From: Octopus sinensis
Lineage: Eukaryota
Direction: 5' to 3'
DNA length: 64,000 bases
Assembly: GCF_006345805.1 (NCBI RefSeq)
Contig: NW_021833068.1
Location: 25,618 to 89,617 of the forward strand
In this document: positions 39,974-51,845 of the stretch, one piece after another
Numbering within the stretch: position 1 is the stretch's first letter
Layout: every line of letters begins with the position of its first letter
Made by a program: the position numbers and the translations under genes
The notes under the pieces: model-generated
What the model was told of the DNA's origin: nothing
Databases searched by the model: none
What the model saw: the letters and a program-made list of their open reading frames with translations, nothing else

Positions 39974-41169
39974 GCAAATATGTATTATGTAAAGGCAAAC
40001 CTACACAAATGTGCCCCAGGCGAATGTTTCCTTGTAACTTCTAGAATAATGGATGTTTTTCAATGAAATTTCTTTCACAAATATCCTTCAGATGGCAAAT
40101 ATTCCAATTATATCGGAATTTGTTGTAAGAAAAACCTTTTCGGTGGGTGGAGAGAGAAATTTAGGAAAGTTCACCCGAGTCGGCTTTCTTTCCAAAAAAA
40201 TAGATATTTTCAAATGAAATTTTCAATAAAACCGTTTCGGATGGTGAAGATTTCGATTATATCGGAATTTAATATGAAGAAAATTATAAAAATTGGTGGA
40301 TTCGCACAGATATACACTGACACAAAACAGAAAATAAAAAGATGAACTTTGGGAAAATAACCGTGATGTGTGTCAGTATGTATGTGTGCGAAACCATCAA
40401 ATTTTAAAAGTTTTTTCATGTTAAATTCCGATATAATCCTAATCTACACCATTTGAAAGGGATTTGTAGAAATTTTCACAGAAACAAAATATCCACTTTT
40501 CTGAAAGTTATAGAAAAACAAAACGGATTTGGGTGAATTTTGAGAAAGTCAACTCCTCAACGTTTGAAAATTTGTTTTTACAACAATTTCCGATATAATT
40601 GGAATCTTCATCATCTGAAGCATTTTTGTCAAAGAAATTTCATTAAAAAATATCCATTTGTCTAAAAGTTATAAGGAAACAAATTCGTCGTGGGGCCCAG
40701 TTGTGTAGGTATGCCTATACATATGGACGCATATATATATTTATATATAGAAGCCTGTCTCGCGTTTTCGGCATTTCCTGTTTCATTAAGTTTTTTTTCT
40801 ATTTCGAACCTCGTCCTGCCATAGAGATTTCTCCCTCGTGGGGTCTCCCTTCTCTCTCTCTCTTTCCCCCTCTTCTATCTAACACGCCAATCGTCCCCCC
40901 CCCGAAAAACCCCTAATCTCTATATAAACCAGTGTTTGCTCGGTTCCTGCCTCTACTCGATTCCTCATTGCTTTGCTTCGGATGATAAACTTGGATTTCA
41001 GAAATGTGCAGCTAAGATAACCTTGTTTCATTACCGTTTAGGCGCTGATCTCGAACCCCGATACCTTCTCCCCTCTCCATTAACTATCTCCCTCCTCTCT
41101 GTTTTAAGAATTTTAACCAATGAAATCCCAGCATTGCTGCGTTATCGATATTGATAAAGAAATATAGCA

Positions 41170-42090
41170 GACGCACGACACACACACACACACTCTCTCT
41201 CTCTCTCAAACACATGCATATACATTTGCACAAGCACATAGTAATTAATATATAAGCGTACACACACATACAAACGACACACACACACACACACTCTCTC
41301 TCTCTCTCTCTCTCTCTCAAACACATGCATATACATTTGCACAAGCACATAGTAATTAATATATAAGCGTACACACACACACAAACGACACACACACACA
41401 CACACACTCTCTCTCTCTCTCAAACACATGCATATACATTTGCACAAACACATAGTAATTAATATATAAGCGTACACACACATACAAACAACACACACAC
41501 ACACTCTCTCTCTCTCTCTCAAACACATGCATATACATTTGCACAAACACATAGTAATTAATATATAAGCGTACACACACATACAAACGACACACACACA
41601 CCACACACTCTCTCTCTCTCTCTCTCTCAAACACATGCATATACATTTGCACAAACACATAGTAATTAATATATAAGCGTACACACACATACAAACGACA
41701 CACACACACTCTCTCTCTCTCTCAAACACATGCATATACATTTGCACAAACACATAGTAATTAATATATAAGCGTACACACACATACAAACGACACACAC
41801 ACACTCTCTCTCTCAAACACATGCATATACATTTGCACAAGCACATAGTACTTAATATATAAGCGTACACACACATACAAACGACACACACAGACACTCT
41901 CTCTCTCTCTCTCTCTCTCAAACACATGCATATACATTTGCACAAGCACATAGTACTTAATATATAAGCGTACACACACATACAAACGACACACACACAC
42001 ACTCTCTCCCTCTCTCAAACACATGCATATACATTTGCACAAGCACATAGTAATTAATATATAAGCGTACACACACATACAAACGGACAT
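41170..42090. repeat. Minisatellite, nine ~100-bp units each embedding (CA)n(CT)n
   Basis: caaacacatgcatatacatttgcacaa recurs nine times between ~41207 and ~42016. Confidence 0.92.
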
Positions 42091-42756
42091 ATACATACAC
42101 ACACATACGCACACAAGCATACATTACACGTTCATGTTTTGCCCCTTGCCGCAACAAATTTGCACAAAAGGTAAATAAACCAGAAGGTGGGGGGTCAATG
42201 TTTCATCGTTTCGGGGTCGATAAATTAAGTACCAATTACGCACTGGTGTCGAGGATTTTTCCCCAATTTATATCACAGCTTCCGACAAGCTGGGGGCATC
42301 ATTTTATGAAAAAATATTTTGCAAATTTTTACAATACGACTCACACTCCACGCGCAAACTCGAGATCTATTTAGGCATATTATTGTTTTGTTTTTGTTGT
42401 TTTTGGCCATTCAAAACCATGGGAGAAGCCTTTTTGGTAAAAAAAAATAAAGAAAATATTCAAAAAATATCGTTAATATTTTTATTGGGCGACGAAATTA
42501 ATCGATTTAAGAGATATAGCTGTTATTTCTAGCACATGTAGAAGACAGAAGAAGAGGTCAATAATTTGAGCTCGAATGCTGCGATTTCATTGGTTAAAAT
42601 TCTTAAAATTAAACTACGTTTAAGTTACGAATTACAATTTTGTTTTCAATTTTGTTTACAATAATGTTTTCTTTTGACACATTCTACCAGTATACGAAGT
42701 TTCAACTTGTTTAGTTAACTAGGAAAATCTGGCCCTCAAAATGAAAAGATCCTATA

Positions 42757-42810
<54 letters not shown>

Positions 42811-43189
42811 GAGAGAGAGGAGGAGAGAGAGAAAGAAATATGAGCAACTGAAATGTGTATATTTATGAATGTAATCGTAATATACAGCAAACAAATGTGA
42901 GTGTATATACATATATTAATAGGTGAAGGTATAATGTATACATATTTTCGTCTCAGCAAGACCATCTTGAGTTTTAGTTTATACATCCCACAATGTATAG
43001 CTTCTTCTCATGTCTACCAAATACTGCATTTAGCAGAATATACACACATATTAGAGAGATCGTCACAGATTATAAAACTATATAATGAAGGAAAATCGTT
43101 TTGTGAAAGAGAGAATGTCTGACAATTATAGACAAACTGATCGAAGGCAGATTTCTCATCAATCCCAAAAAACAACAACGGATCTTTTC

Positions 43190-43520
43190 CTTTTGACCGG
43201 CACATGTCAACACAATTTCTAGTTAACTAAACACTTTTAAACTTCGTATACTGGTAGAATGTGTTTATAAAACATCATTTTTTCTTTGCTTTATTGAGAA
43301 AATTCTATATGTTGTAAGATATTTCCACTTTAAATTGAAGCATTTCGGCAATTTTAACCAATCGCTGACCTCCATTTGGGGTGAAAACATTCCGTGCTGT
43401 ATGAATATGTCCCTCGTTTAAGAAACAGATTGGGTTTATTTACATTTGCGAAGTAAAAAAGATACCCTTCCTCCACCCCTAACCCTAACCCTGACTCACC
43501 CTAACTCTAACCCTAAATCT
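43190..43520 (+). mobile_element. Dispersed non-autonomous DNA-type repeat; second copy at ~49400-49680, inverted partial copy at ~42675-42725
   Basis: Shared cacatgt.aacacaatttctagttaactaaacacttttaaact...tactggtagaatgtg...aaaaaagatacccttc sequence. Confidence 0.6.
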
Positions 43521-43521
43521 A

Positions 43522-43683
43522 AAATAGATTGAAATGCAATAGATCGATACTAGGGTTATAATTATGGGTGACGATTTCATACGACACCACTACGGAAAAT
43601 GAGATTTTTTTCGAGCGGTGTCAAATGAAAATGTCACCCATAATTATAACCCTAGTATCGATCTATTGCATTTCAATCTATTT
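43522..43683. repeat. Inverted repeat with 51-bp perfect arms
   Basis: 43522-43572 is the exact reverse complement of 43633-43683. Confidence 0.9.
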
Positions 43684-44038
43684 ACAGATTATTTACTGCC
43701 ATAACAAGCCATAGGATCTTTCTTCTTGTTTTAGATCTCAAATAACATTTTCTTTGGAGAAAAATTGATCGATTTCTCCAAAATCAATATCAAGAGAGGA
43801 CACTGAATCACACAGCGTCAATCTTAAGAACTGTTGGATCTCAAAGAATATCTCCAAAACAAAAAGAATCTGTTATGACAAGAAATGATGAAAAAGATTT
43901 TATTTGGTTACTACTATCATGTTGTTATCGTGTCACACTGCCACTATTATGGTATCTTTTGATATTAAATTTGTCTGGAATTGCAAGAAATTTTGAAACA
44001 AAAGCAGATCTGAAGATTTTAGTTAATTCAAGCCTTAC

Positions 44039-44193
44039 TTCTCCACTGCATAATGCAATGCTGTCCACTTCTTGTCTTCGTCACTGATGTTGAGATCAGC
44101 GCCAGATTCTGTCAATAAGGTTATTAACTCTTTATTGCCTTGTTCACAGGCAACCATGAGAACCGTAACACCTTTTGAATTTCTGTTGTTGAC
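44039..44193 (-). CDS. Ankyrin exon C: VNNRNSKGVTVLMVACEQGNKELITLLTESGADLNISDEDKKWTALHYAVE
   Basis: tcttcttcag-type acceptor at 44194-44196 and gtaagg donor. 155 nt, phase 0 to 2, joining exon B in frame. Confidence 0.9.
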
Positions 44194-44305
44194 CTGAAGA
44201 GAAGAAAGAGAAGACATGTGAAATATATTAAAGAAGAGAGAGAGAGAGAGAGAGAGAGAGGAGGAGAAGAGAGAGAGAGAGAGGAGAAAAGAGAGAGAGA
44301 AAAGG

Positions 44306-44339
<34 letters not shown>

Positions 44340-44543
44340 GAGAGAGAGTAAAGAAGATGCAAGAGTGAAAAAAAGGAATACGAAAGAGAAATAAAGATAA
44401 ACACACACACACACAAATGCACACACACACACACACACACACACCACACACACACATCATGTTGCAGGGGTTTTCTCAGCCAGATTTTGCCCTTATTTAG
44501 AGTTACACTCCTCCTAGACGAGTCAGGAGACCTTGTAGACACA

Positions 44544-44700
44544 GGCGTGGCTGTGTGGTAAGGAGTTTGCTTTCCAACCACATGGTTCCTGGTTCAATCT
44601 CACTGTGTGTGTGGCACTTGAGTGTCTTCTTTTATAGCCCTGGGATGACCAAAGCTTTGTGAGTGAGCCTGACAGAAAATGAAAGAGACCCATCATACAT
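44544..44700 (+). mobile_element. tRNA-derived SINE
   Basis: ggcgtggctgtgtggtaagg A-box-like and ggttcaatctc B-box-like motifs. Confidence 0.65.
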
Positions 44701-44715
44701 ATGTATGTGTGTGTG

Positions 44716-44765
<50 letters not shown>

Positions 44766-47239
44766 TATATAAGCGTGCACACACACACAAGTATGTGTGT
44801 GTCTAATTATATATTTGTAAATATGTATTTGTGTATATATGTGTGTGTGTGTGATATATATATATATACATGTATCCTCATTCTATATGAATCAAGATTG
44901 GAGCCTGGTGCAGCCATCTGGTTCGCCAATCCTTAATCACATCGTCTATACTGATATGTATGCATGTATGTATGTATAGGTTACATCTCCAATCTGGTAT
45001 GCTCATTTTGTCCAGAATACCGAACTACTGGAAGCTGTCCACAGATGTACAACCACACAAATAGCCTCTCTCAATCACTTATTATTCCTTAAAAGTATTG
45101 CTTTTCCATGCATCAACACACAAAAGTTTTTATTTCTAGCAACTCACTTGATAGAATCCCACAAGATTATCCCTCATCTTCCAATAACAACTTTGACCAC
45201 TTCTGCAATTTAATATCTTTACCACTCTGAGACATGCTTATAAAGTAAAAAAAAAACATCCATCCCAGTTTCCATGATATCAGAAACAATATTTTTATGC
45301 TCAGAATTGTCAAGGCATGGAATAAACTATCTACATTGGTTGTTAGCTGTATCCTTCAAAAACACCACACTTTCTGTAATTCAGAAACACTACATCTGAG
45401 GTTCCTATGCACCCTTTCCTTTTTGTGGTTCTTTTACTGCTCCCTTTTATGTCTTTATGAGTTTTATTCTGTGTTATACTATGACATGCACTTTAGGCGA
45501 CCATTGGGGTCTTTCTTGACATGATTTGTGCTTCCTGTCCTTTCATAGAAGTGGACAGAGCAATATCGAGGGAAACCAGTACAAATACCGTTTCATGGCA
45601 GATGGATGAGTCTTTCTTATGAAACATGAAATGTCTGTCTTTAGTTACAACCTCACTTTTGTCTGAGTGAAGGCCAAAAAAAATCAGTTGAGACAATCTT
45701 CCAGTTTATTACTGGTATCTGTGATATCAATTATGAATTGAAGAGAACACTGACAAGATTTCAAACTTGGTATCTGACAGGAGACACACAGGTAAATAAG
45801 AGAAACCATCTACACTAACCAACAGCAGAGATTAGACCATAAGATAGTGTATAAAGTAATTGGACAGGTGAAGAGCTATAAAGGGTGAAAACCCTCAGAA
45901 ATAATTGTGTAGATTCTAAATATGTCAGACAGGGTTTTAGTTTTATATTCCCTGGAAAAGCTCATGAAATTCTACACTGGGTTATCACTGATGCCTGGCA
46001 TAGTAGCACTTTCATTTAATGCTATAATGATGAAGGAGATTTAAATGATGGTGAAATAGGGCATAGGTAAATGATGGTGAAATAGGGCATAGGTAAATCA
46101 GGGCTAAAAAGGCTTAGAAAGACTGTTCAGTTCATGCATAAGCTCAAGGAAAAGATTGAAAATCCTTTTATCTTAATCACTGAATCTATTACAAAGTAAT
46201 TATTTGTGATTAGACATCTGCGACAACTTTGGAACGACACCAACCACAGCTAAATATGTGCAACTATGGAAAAGGAGGAGACACAAATGAAAAGAAACAA
46301 TGGAGAAAATAAGAAATATTCTGAAAGTAGGGATCAGAATTTTGAGCCTAAATGAGGCAGCAGCAGTGTCAGGGCTTACATTAGTTTGTAGCCATACAAT
46401 ATGTAAGAAGGTGTGAGTGGTTCATACACAACTGTATTACACCTGTACAAAAAAACACTATCGACTTCACCTTGAGGAAAACACCTACCCTCACTAAACT
46501 GGCAGACATTCACCCACCATTGAAATACATGTATGATGGTCATCAAGAAATTAAAGGATGTTTTTTCTGCATTTCACCATTTGTCAGCTGTCTTCCCTCC
46601 CAAATTAAAAGCCACATTTTCTGGTCTCTTACCTAGAGTATCTCTATAGATTTTACAAAATCATTCCACCCACCACTCCCTAACCATGATGGTTCTATAC
46701 CAGTGCTTCTTAAACTTTTCAATTATGGCCCTTTTTTATTTACTAAGAGTTTTTCAATGCCCCTTTTCTTGCTATGATTCAATATCTCTGATTTTTAATG
46801 TTCTCACGGGTCAGATTAATTTACCTTTGGGTCCTAGTCTTGACATGGGTGACTACTTACCACAGCACCACCCCACAATAAGTGAACATTTGATGCATCA
46901 CCACTTCACTTTAGTTTCTGATCCAAACTCAACTACACATTGAGTTTTATATATTTGTACGACCATAGCCACCTTGGCTCCCTGGTCCTTATAAAATTTT
47001 CCACAAACCCTACCCAAGGGTAGCACTACTCTCTTAGGGAAGCCCTGTTTTATAATTCTTGCTGATAGTGTCCTATCTGCTGACTACCAGCCAGTCATTC
47101 TAACTTCCAATATTTCAATTATGAAGTAAAAAGTCATAAACAACCATCATCTTTGTCCCTTTGGGTATCTTTCTCTATTCAATGAGCCCCAGAACAGTTC
47201 CATAAAGCCGGTTCAAGCAGAGGTCTGATTCCTACGTGA

Positions 47240-47480
47240 CTCCCCAGTGTTTTGGTTATGTTTGACAACTTCTGCAAAAGAAATACTGTAGCCCTTGACG
47301 TCGGTAAAACCTTTAACTGTGTATGGCAAGAGAATTTCTTGACAAAGTCATCATTTATCTATTGGGTCCATCTGTCCCCCATCTCTTGAACTGAACATTT
47401 CCTGCCAGAATACTCCATTGCAGTGTGTAAGGATGGGTTTCTCTCTCACTCACATTCCATCAATTCTGGCATACCTCATT
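47240..47480 (+). mobile_element. Degraded LINE RT fragment (CR1/Jockey-like)
   Basis: Weak translations DVGKTFNCVWQ and SINSGIP resemble the RT DxxKAFDxVxH and xNSGVPQG segments. Confidence 0.4.
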
Positions 47481-47649
47481 GTCTGGTTGAATATTTATAA
47501 AAAGTGACAATGATGAGGATTAGAGGAAAGAGGTAAAGAAAGAAATGAAATATTAAGGACAAATATATCTGGTTATTTAGGAACATTTAATATTGTGTAT
47601 AAAATAAACAAACATTTAACATTGAAGAAGCAATATAAAGTAAACTTAC

Positions 47650-47733
47650 TTGATCAGGATTTTTTTTGATAAATCGTTTCACATCTTTAAAGTCCCCATT
47701 CTGAATCTTGCTTATAATTTTATCTACATCCAT
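47650..47733 (-). CDS. First visible coding exon: MDVDKIISKIQNGDFKDVKRFIKKNPDQ
   Basis: cttactttcctttttattcaaaag acceptor, ATG 2 nt into the exon, gtaagt donor, phase 0 into exon C. Resembles the first ankyrin-like helix pair of Mind bomb proteins. The ATG could be internal if upstream coding exons exist. Confidence 0.78.
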
Positions 47734-48031
47734 GTCTTTTGAATAAAAAGGAAAGTAAGATAGTTTTTAAAAACTTATAAAATGAGGTAAAGAGCATTTT
47801 AAAGAAGACTGTGTTTCTCAAATCTCCCATGAAATGACATAAATATTAAAAACTTCAGCTTATCTCAACAATTATTTATAGCTGAATGTTCTCCTTGACA
47901 CTAATAAACCTAACAACAGTCATTGTGTTGCATCTTTTGGTTTGCTACATTGCTCTGCTTATCACAGTCTCATTGGTCACACACACACACACACAAGCAC
48001 ACAAACACACAAGCACACACACACACACACA

Positions 48032-48084
<53 letters not shown>

Positions 48085-48393
48085 GCGTGTGTGTATTTAC
48101 ATTTGTTGTCTCTGGCAATTTCTTAGCTTTCGGTGATTAGATTGTTATCATTTCTCCCGTTGACGAATAGACCATTGGAATAAGAGATCCCCTACTTGAG
48201 CAACAGGTAAGAATTAAGGACATGAAGGGGATCCAGAAATAAAAAAAGGCATCAAATACATATTCATCTAACCCATGCTAGCATGGAAAACAGACGTAAA
48301 AATGACTACCATACGTACATATGCAAACATATGTACATCTATGTATATGTATACATATGTGTGTGTGTTTGTGTGCGCGTGTGTGTGTGTAAA

Positions 48394-48650
48394 GGCATGT
48401 GGCCTAGTGGTTAGGGTGTTGCGCTCACAGTGGCTAGATTGTGGGTTCAATTCCCATACTGAGCAGTACCTTGTATTCTTGAGCAAAACACCCCATTTCA
48501 CTTTGCTGCAGTCCACTCAGCTGTAAATGGATCACCCTCCAAGAGACTTGTGTTGTGATTAGGGGGAACACTCACTGGCCTGCTTGAAAGATGAAATGAT
48601 GCAAAGCACATTGTGACCAGGGATGTGTAACAGCATTTGATAGTCTGGTC
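48394..48650 (+). mobile_element. tRNA-derived SINE
   Basis: tggcctagtgg A box and gggttcaattccc B box. Related head at ~52425. Confidence 0.7.
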
Positions 48651-48651
48651 A

Positions 48652-49352
48652 ACACACACGTCTATATACGCGCATACCCGCACGTCTATATACGCACACA
48701 CACATGCGTGCACAATAAACGGTTCATACACACGTCTATATACACACATGTACAAGAAAAAACACGGCTAAAGGCAAAATACAGGAAAATGTGTAAAAAA
48801 ATATATAAAAAGACAATGAGTAAAACACGTCCTATATACGCACATGCTCGCATATACGCACACACACACACACGTCTATACACGCCCGTTCCGCACACAT
48901 GCACACATCCACACATCCACACACAAAAGATTCCATATACACGTCTATATACGCACAGGGAAAATGCAGGGTGGAAGGTAGAATAGAGAAATAATATGTG
49001 TAAAAAATATATGAGCAATAAACCTATAAAACAATATCTCTATAAATATGTAAAAAATATATATAGATATATATATATATAAAATATAAAGAAATATAAG
49101 TAAAAAGTATAGAGAGATAAAAAGCTTGTACGTGGACACGCGTGCATGCGAGTATGTGTGTATATAGACGTGTTTTAGTCTTTGTCGTTTTTACACACTT
49201 TTTGCCCATTTTCCTCTATTTTGCCTTTTGCCGTTTTTTCTTGTACATGTGCGTATATAGATGTGTGTATGAACCTTTTTGTGTGTGTGTGCGCGTATAT
49301 AGACGTGTGTGTGTACGTGCATACGGGTATGCGTGTATATAGACGTGTTTTA
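48652..49352. repeat. Imperfect inverted repeat (MITE/foldback-like), ~200-bp arms
   Basis: 48652-48860 aligns by eye to the reverse complement of 49145-49352, with an internal acacgtctatatac motif. Confidence 0.7.
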
Positions 49353-49877
49353 CTTTTATTACTTATTTTTTTATATGTATTTTGGATCTTTTCCTCTTGA
49401 ACAGCACATGTTAACACAATTTCTAGTTAACTAAACACTTTTAAACTCCATATACTGGTAGAATGTGTTTATAAAACATCATTTTTTCTTGGCTTTATTG
49501 AGAAAATTCTATAGTTTGTAAGATATTTCCACTTTAAAATCGAGCATTTCGGCAATTTTAACCAATCACTGGAGTCTATTTGGGGTGAAAACATTCCGTG
49601 CTGTATGAATATGCCCCTCGTTTAAGAAACAGATTGGGCTTATTTACATTTGCGAAGAAAAAAAGATACCCTTCCCCACCCCTTTTTACACATGCCACTG
49701 GCACAGGTGCCAGTAAGGCGACGTTGGTAACGATCACGCTCGAATGGTGCCCTTTTACATATATATATATGTATACGACAAGAAATAATTTTTGTCTCCT
49801 TTTTATGGAAACAAAGGGTTTATAGGACTGCAAAAAAAGAAGTGCTCAAATGTAACTGAGACAGAGATAAAGAAACA

Positions 49878-50660
49878 TTGATCATAAAATAAACATCAAA
49901 TTCGAGTCAATGACTTTATATATAACACCGTATCTCCAAACATTTCATCATATATAAATATTACCATGGCTCTTAAACATACAGAGTATACATATATAAA
50001 AAAAAAACATATAAAGTAGACATAAAAATCATCAAAGGTAAAAAATATATATGTGAATAAAAATGCAGGTGTATAGAACGGCCTATCAAGAAGGTATATA
50101 CAATCGACTAAGAATTCTAAAGCGTGTCATGCTACTAAAAATCCAAATAAAATATCGACTAAAAAGAAAAATTTTCTTACTCCCCTCAAATGAAAGAGTA
50201 CGTCAAAAAAGTTTGTTTCATAAAACCCATGGTAGGTTAGAGTCCAGGAGCCAAAAGAGTTCCACAAAATCAAGTGAAACACACCTATGGCCATTTCAGG
50301 AGTTCATTGCCGCAGTTCGATTACGAGTTAAAGCGCATCTTGGCAATGACCCCCACATCATGATGAACAGGAATCTCAACAAATTCTTTGTTTAGTCGAT
50401 TGATATTTTATTTTAGTTTATTTGGATTTTTAGCAGCAAGATACGCTTTAGAATTTTTAGCCAATTGTATATACCTTCTTGATAGGCTGTTCTATATATC
50501 TGTGTTTTTATTCGTGTATATATTTTTCACCTTCTGTGTATTTTATATATGTATACTTTTTATGTTTAAGAGCCATGGTAATATTTATATATGATGAAAT
50601 GTTACGGTGTTATATATAAAGTCGCTGACTCGAATTTGATGTTTGTTCTATGATCAATAT
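49878..50660. repeat. Long inverted repeat (MITE/foldback-like), ~280-bp arms and ~225-bp spacer
   Basis: For example catttcatcatatataaatattaccatggctcttaaacata and cctatcaagaaggtatatacaat have reverse complements at ~50560-50600 and ~50465-50487. Confidence 0.8.
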
Positions 50661-50699
50661 TTATATATATATATAATGTATATATATATATATGCCCAG

Positions 50700-51845
50700 G
50701 AAAAACCACTACAGATTTTCCTCCAGAGTTTTCTTGCGAATGGCAAGCTGCCAAGCAAACTTTAGAAGGGAATAATATGCCCAATCCATGAAGGAGGAAG
50801 CAGAGCAGGTGCCATAACTTATAGGCCTATGTCTCTGACTTCACACACAAGCAAAGTCATTCCTGGAAGAAAGTGACTTGCTGAGTGATAGCATGGTTTT
50901 CGACCAAGTAGGAGTTGCCTGACACAGCTCCTATAGCACAATGACTGGGTGCTGAAACAGTTACTTAACAACTCAAATGTGGACGTAATATACTTTGCAA
51001 AAGCTTTTGATAAAGTTAATCATGATATGATATGCCACAAACTACGTGATCTTGGCAAAGCTGGAAAACTTGGAGAATGATTACATGACTTTCTGAAAGA
51101 CAGAAGTCAGGCATTGGTAGCCAGTGGTACCACCTCAACGGAACCACAAATAGTGAGTTGTGTTCCACAGGGCACTTGTCTTAGGGCCACTGATTTTCAT
51201 AGTGGCCCTCTCAGATATGCTCTCCGCTGCCCTGATACCTTTGCTAGCTACGGAGACGACATGAAATTTTTGCAGAAAATGCAAAACCGTAGTGATGTTG
51301 CATGCCTGCAGCAGTAGCTGGATGCAATTTACAGATGGTCTGAGGACAATAATATGCAGTTTAATGCTGGAAAATTTCAAGCCCTGCACTACCAGCACCC
51401 AAATTTGAACGGAAAACATACAGGGTATACTGGCCTAGTGGGGAATTACAATCACGTGTGTGATCTGGGTATCGACATGAGTGATGATACCTCTTTCCAA
51501 GTGCACTTTAACAAGATGACGACAAAGTGCAGATGGCTGGATGGATGGATCCTGTGAACCTTCAGAGCCAGGGACAAAGAAACCATGATGGTCCGCTGGA
51601 GGACATTTATCCTCAGCTGCCTGGACTACTGCTCCTGACAACGGTCACCCCACAGTGTAAAATTAACAGTGGACCTTGAAGCAATCCAGTGAAGCTACTA
51701 AAAGAATATCATCTCATTGCAACAGCTCAACTACTGGGGAAGGCTGAAACAGGTAAGACTTTACTCCCTAGAGTGAAGGTGGGGAAGATATGCAGTGATA
51801 TACATCTGGAAGATCCTGGAAGGGATTGTACCAAATTTTGGCTTA
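50700..51845 (+). mobile_element. Older, degraded CR1-clade LINE fragment of the same family as 29643-33205 (RT to C-terminus)
   Basis: HGFRPSRSCLTQLL, FAKAFDKVNHD, MQFNAGKFQALHYQH and YAVIYIWKILEG, with stops and frameshifts. Confidence 0.85.

Larger units (their letters stand above)
8355..40745 (-). repeat. Tandem array of six exon B + exon A cassettes forming an ~11.5-kb higher-order repeat
   Basis: Identical intronic blocks recur, for example the MNPWILL ORF block at 8828, ~15410, 22197, 26953, 33706 and 38560. A-exon spacings: A2-A4 11543, A3-A5 11499, A4-A6 11607 bp. Confidence 0.95.

Noticed and set aside
45493-46270. Other acceptor-like sites and the ORF at 45493-45696 as upstream coding exons
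   Set aside because: No convincing donor or homology. The 47650-47733 exon already joins exon C with an ankyrin-like sequence.
846-47735. Assigning the symbol MIB2 or MIB1
   Set aside because: The N-terminal Mind bomb domains and additional RINGs are not seen, so orthology cannot be established without a phylogeny.
48394-48470. tRNA gene call for A/B-box sequences here and at 44544 and 61629
   Set aside because: I could not build a cloverleaf, and each continues into SINE body sequence.
50063-50395. 110-aa ORF inside the palindrome
   Set aside because: It starts at a non-ATG codon, runs through an inverted-repeat arm and shows no transposase motif.
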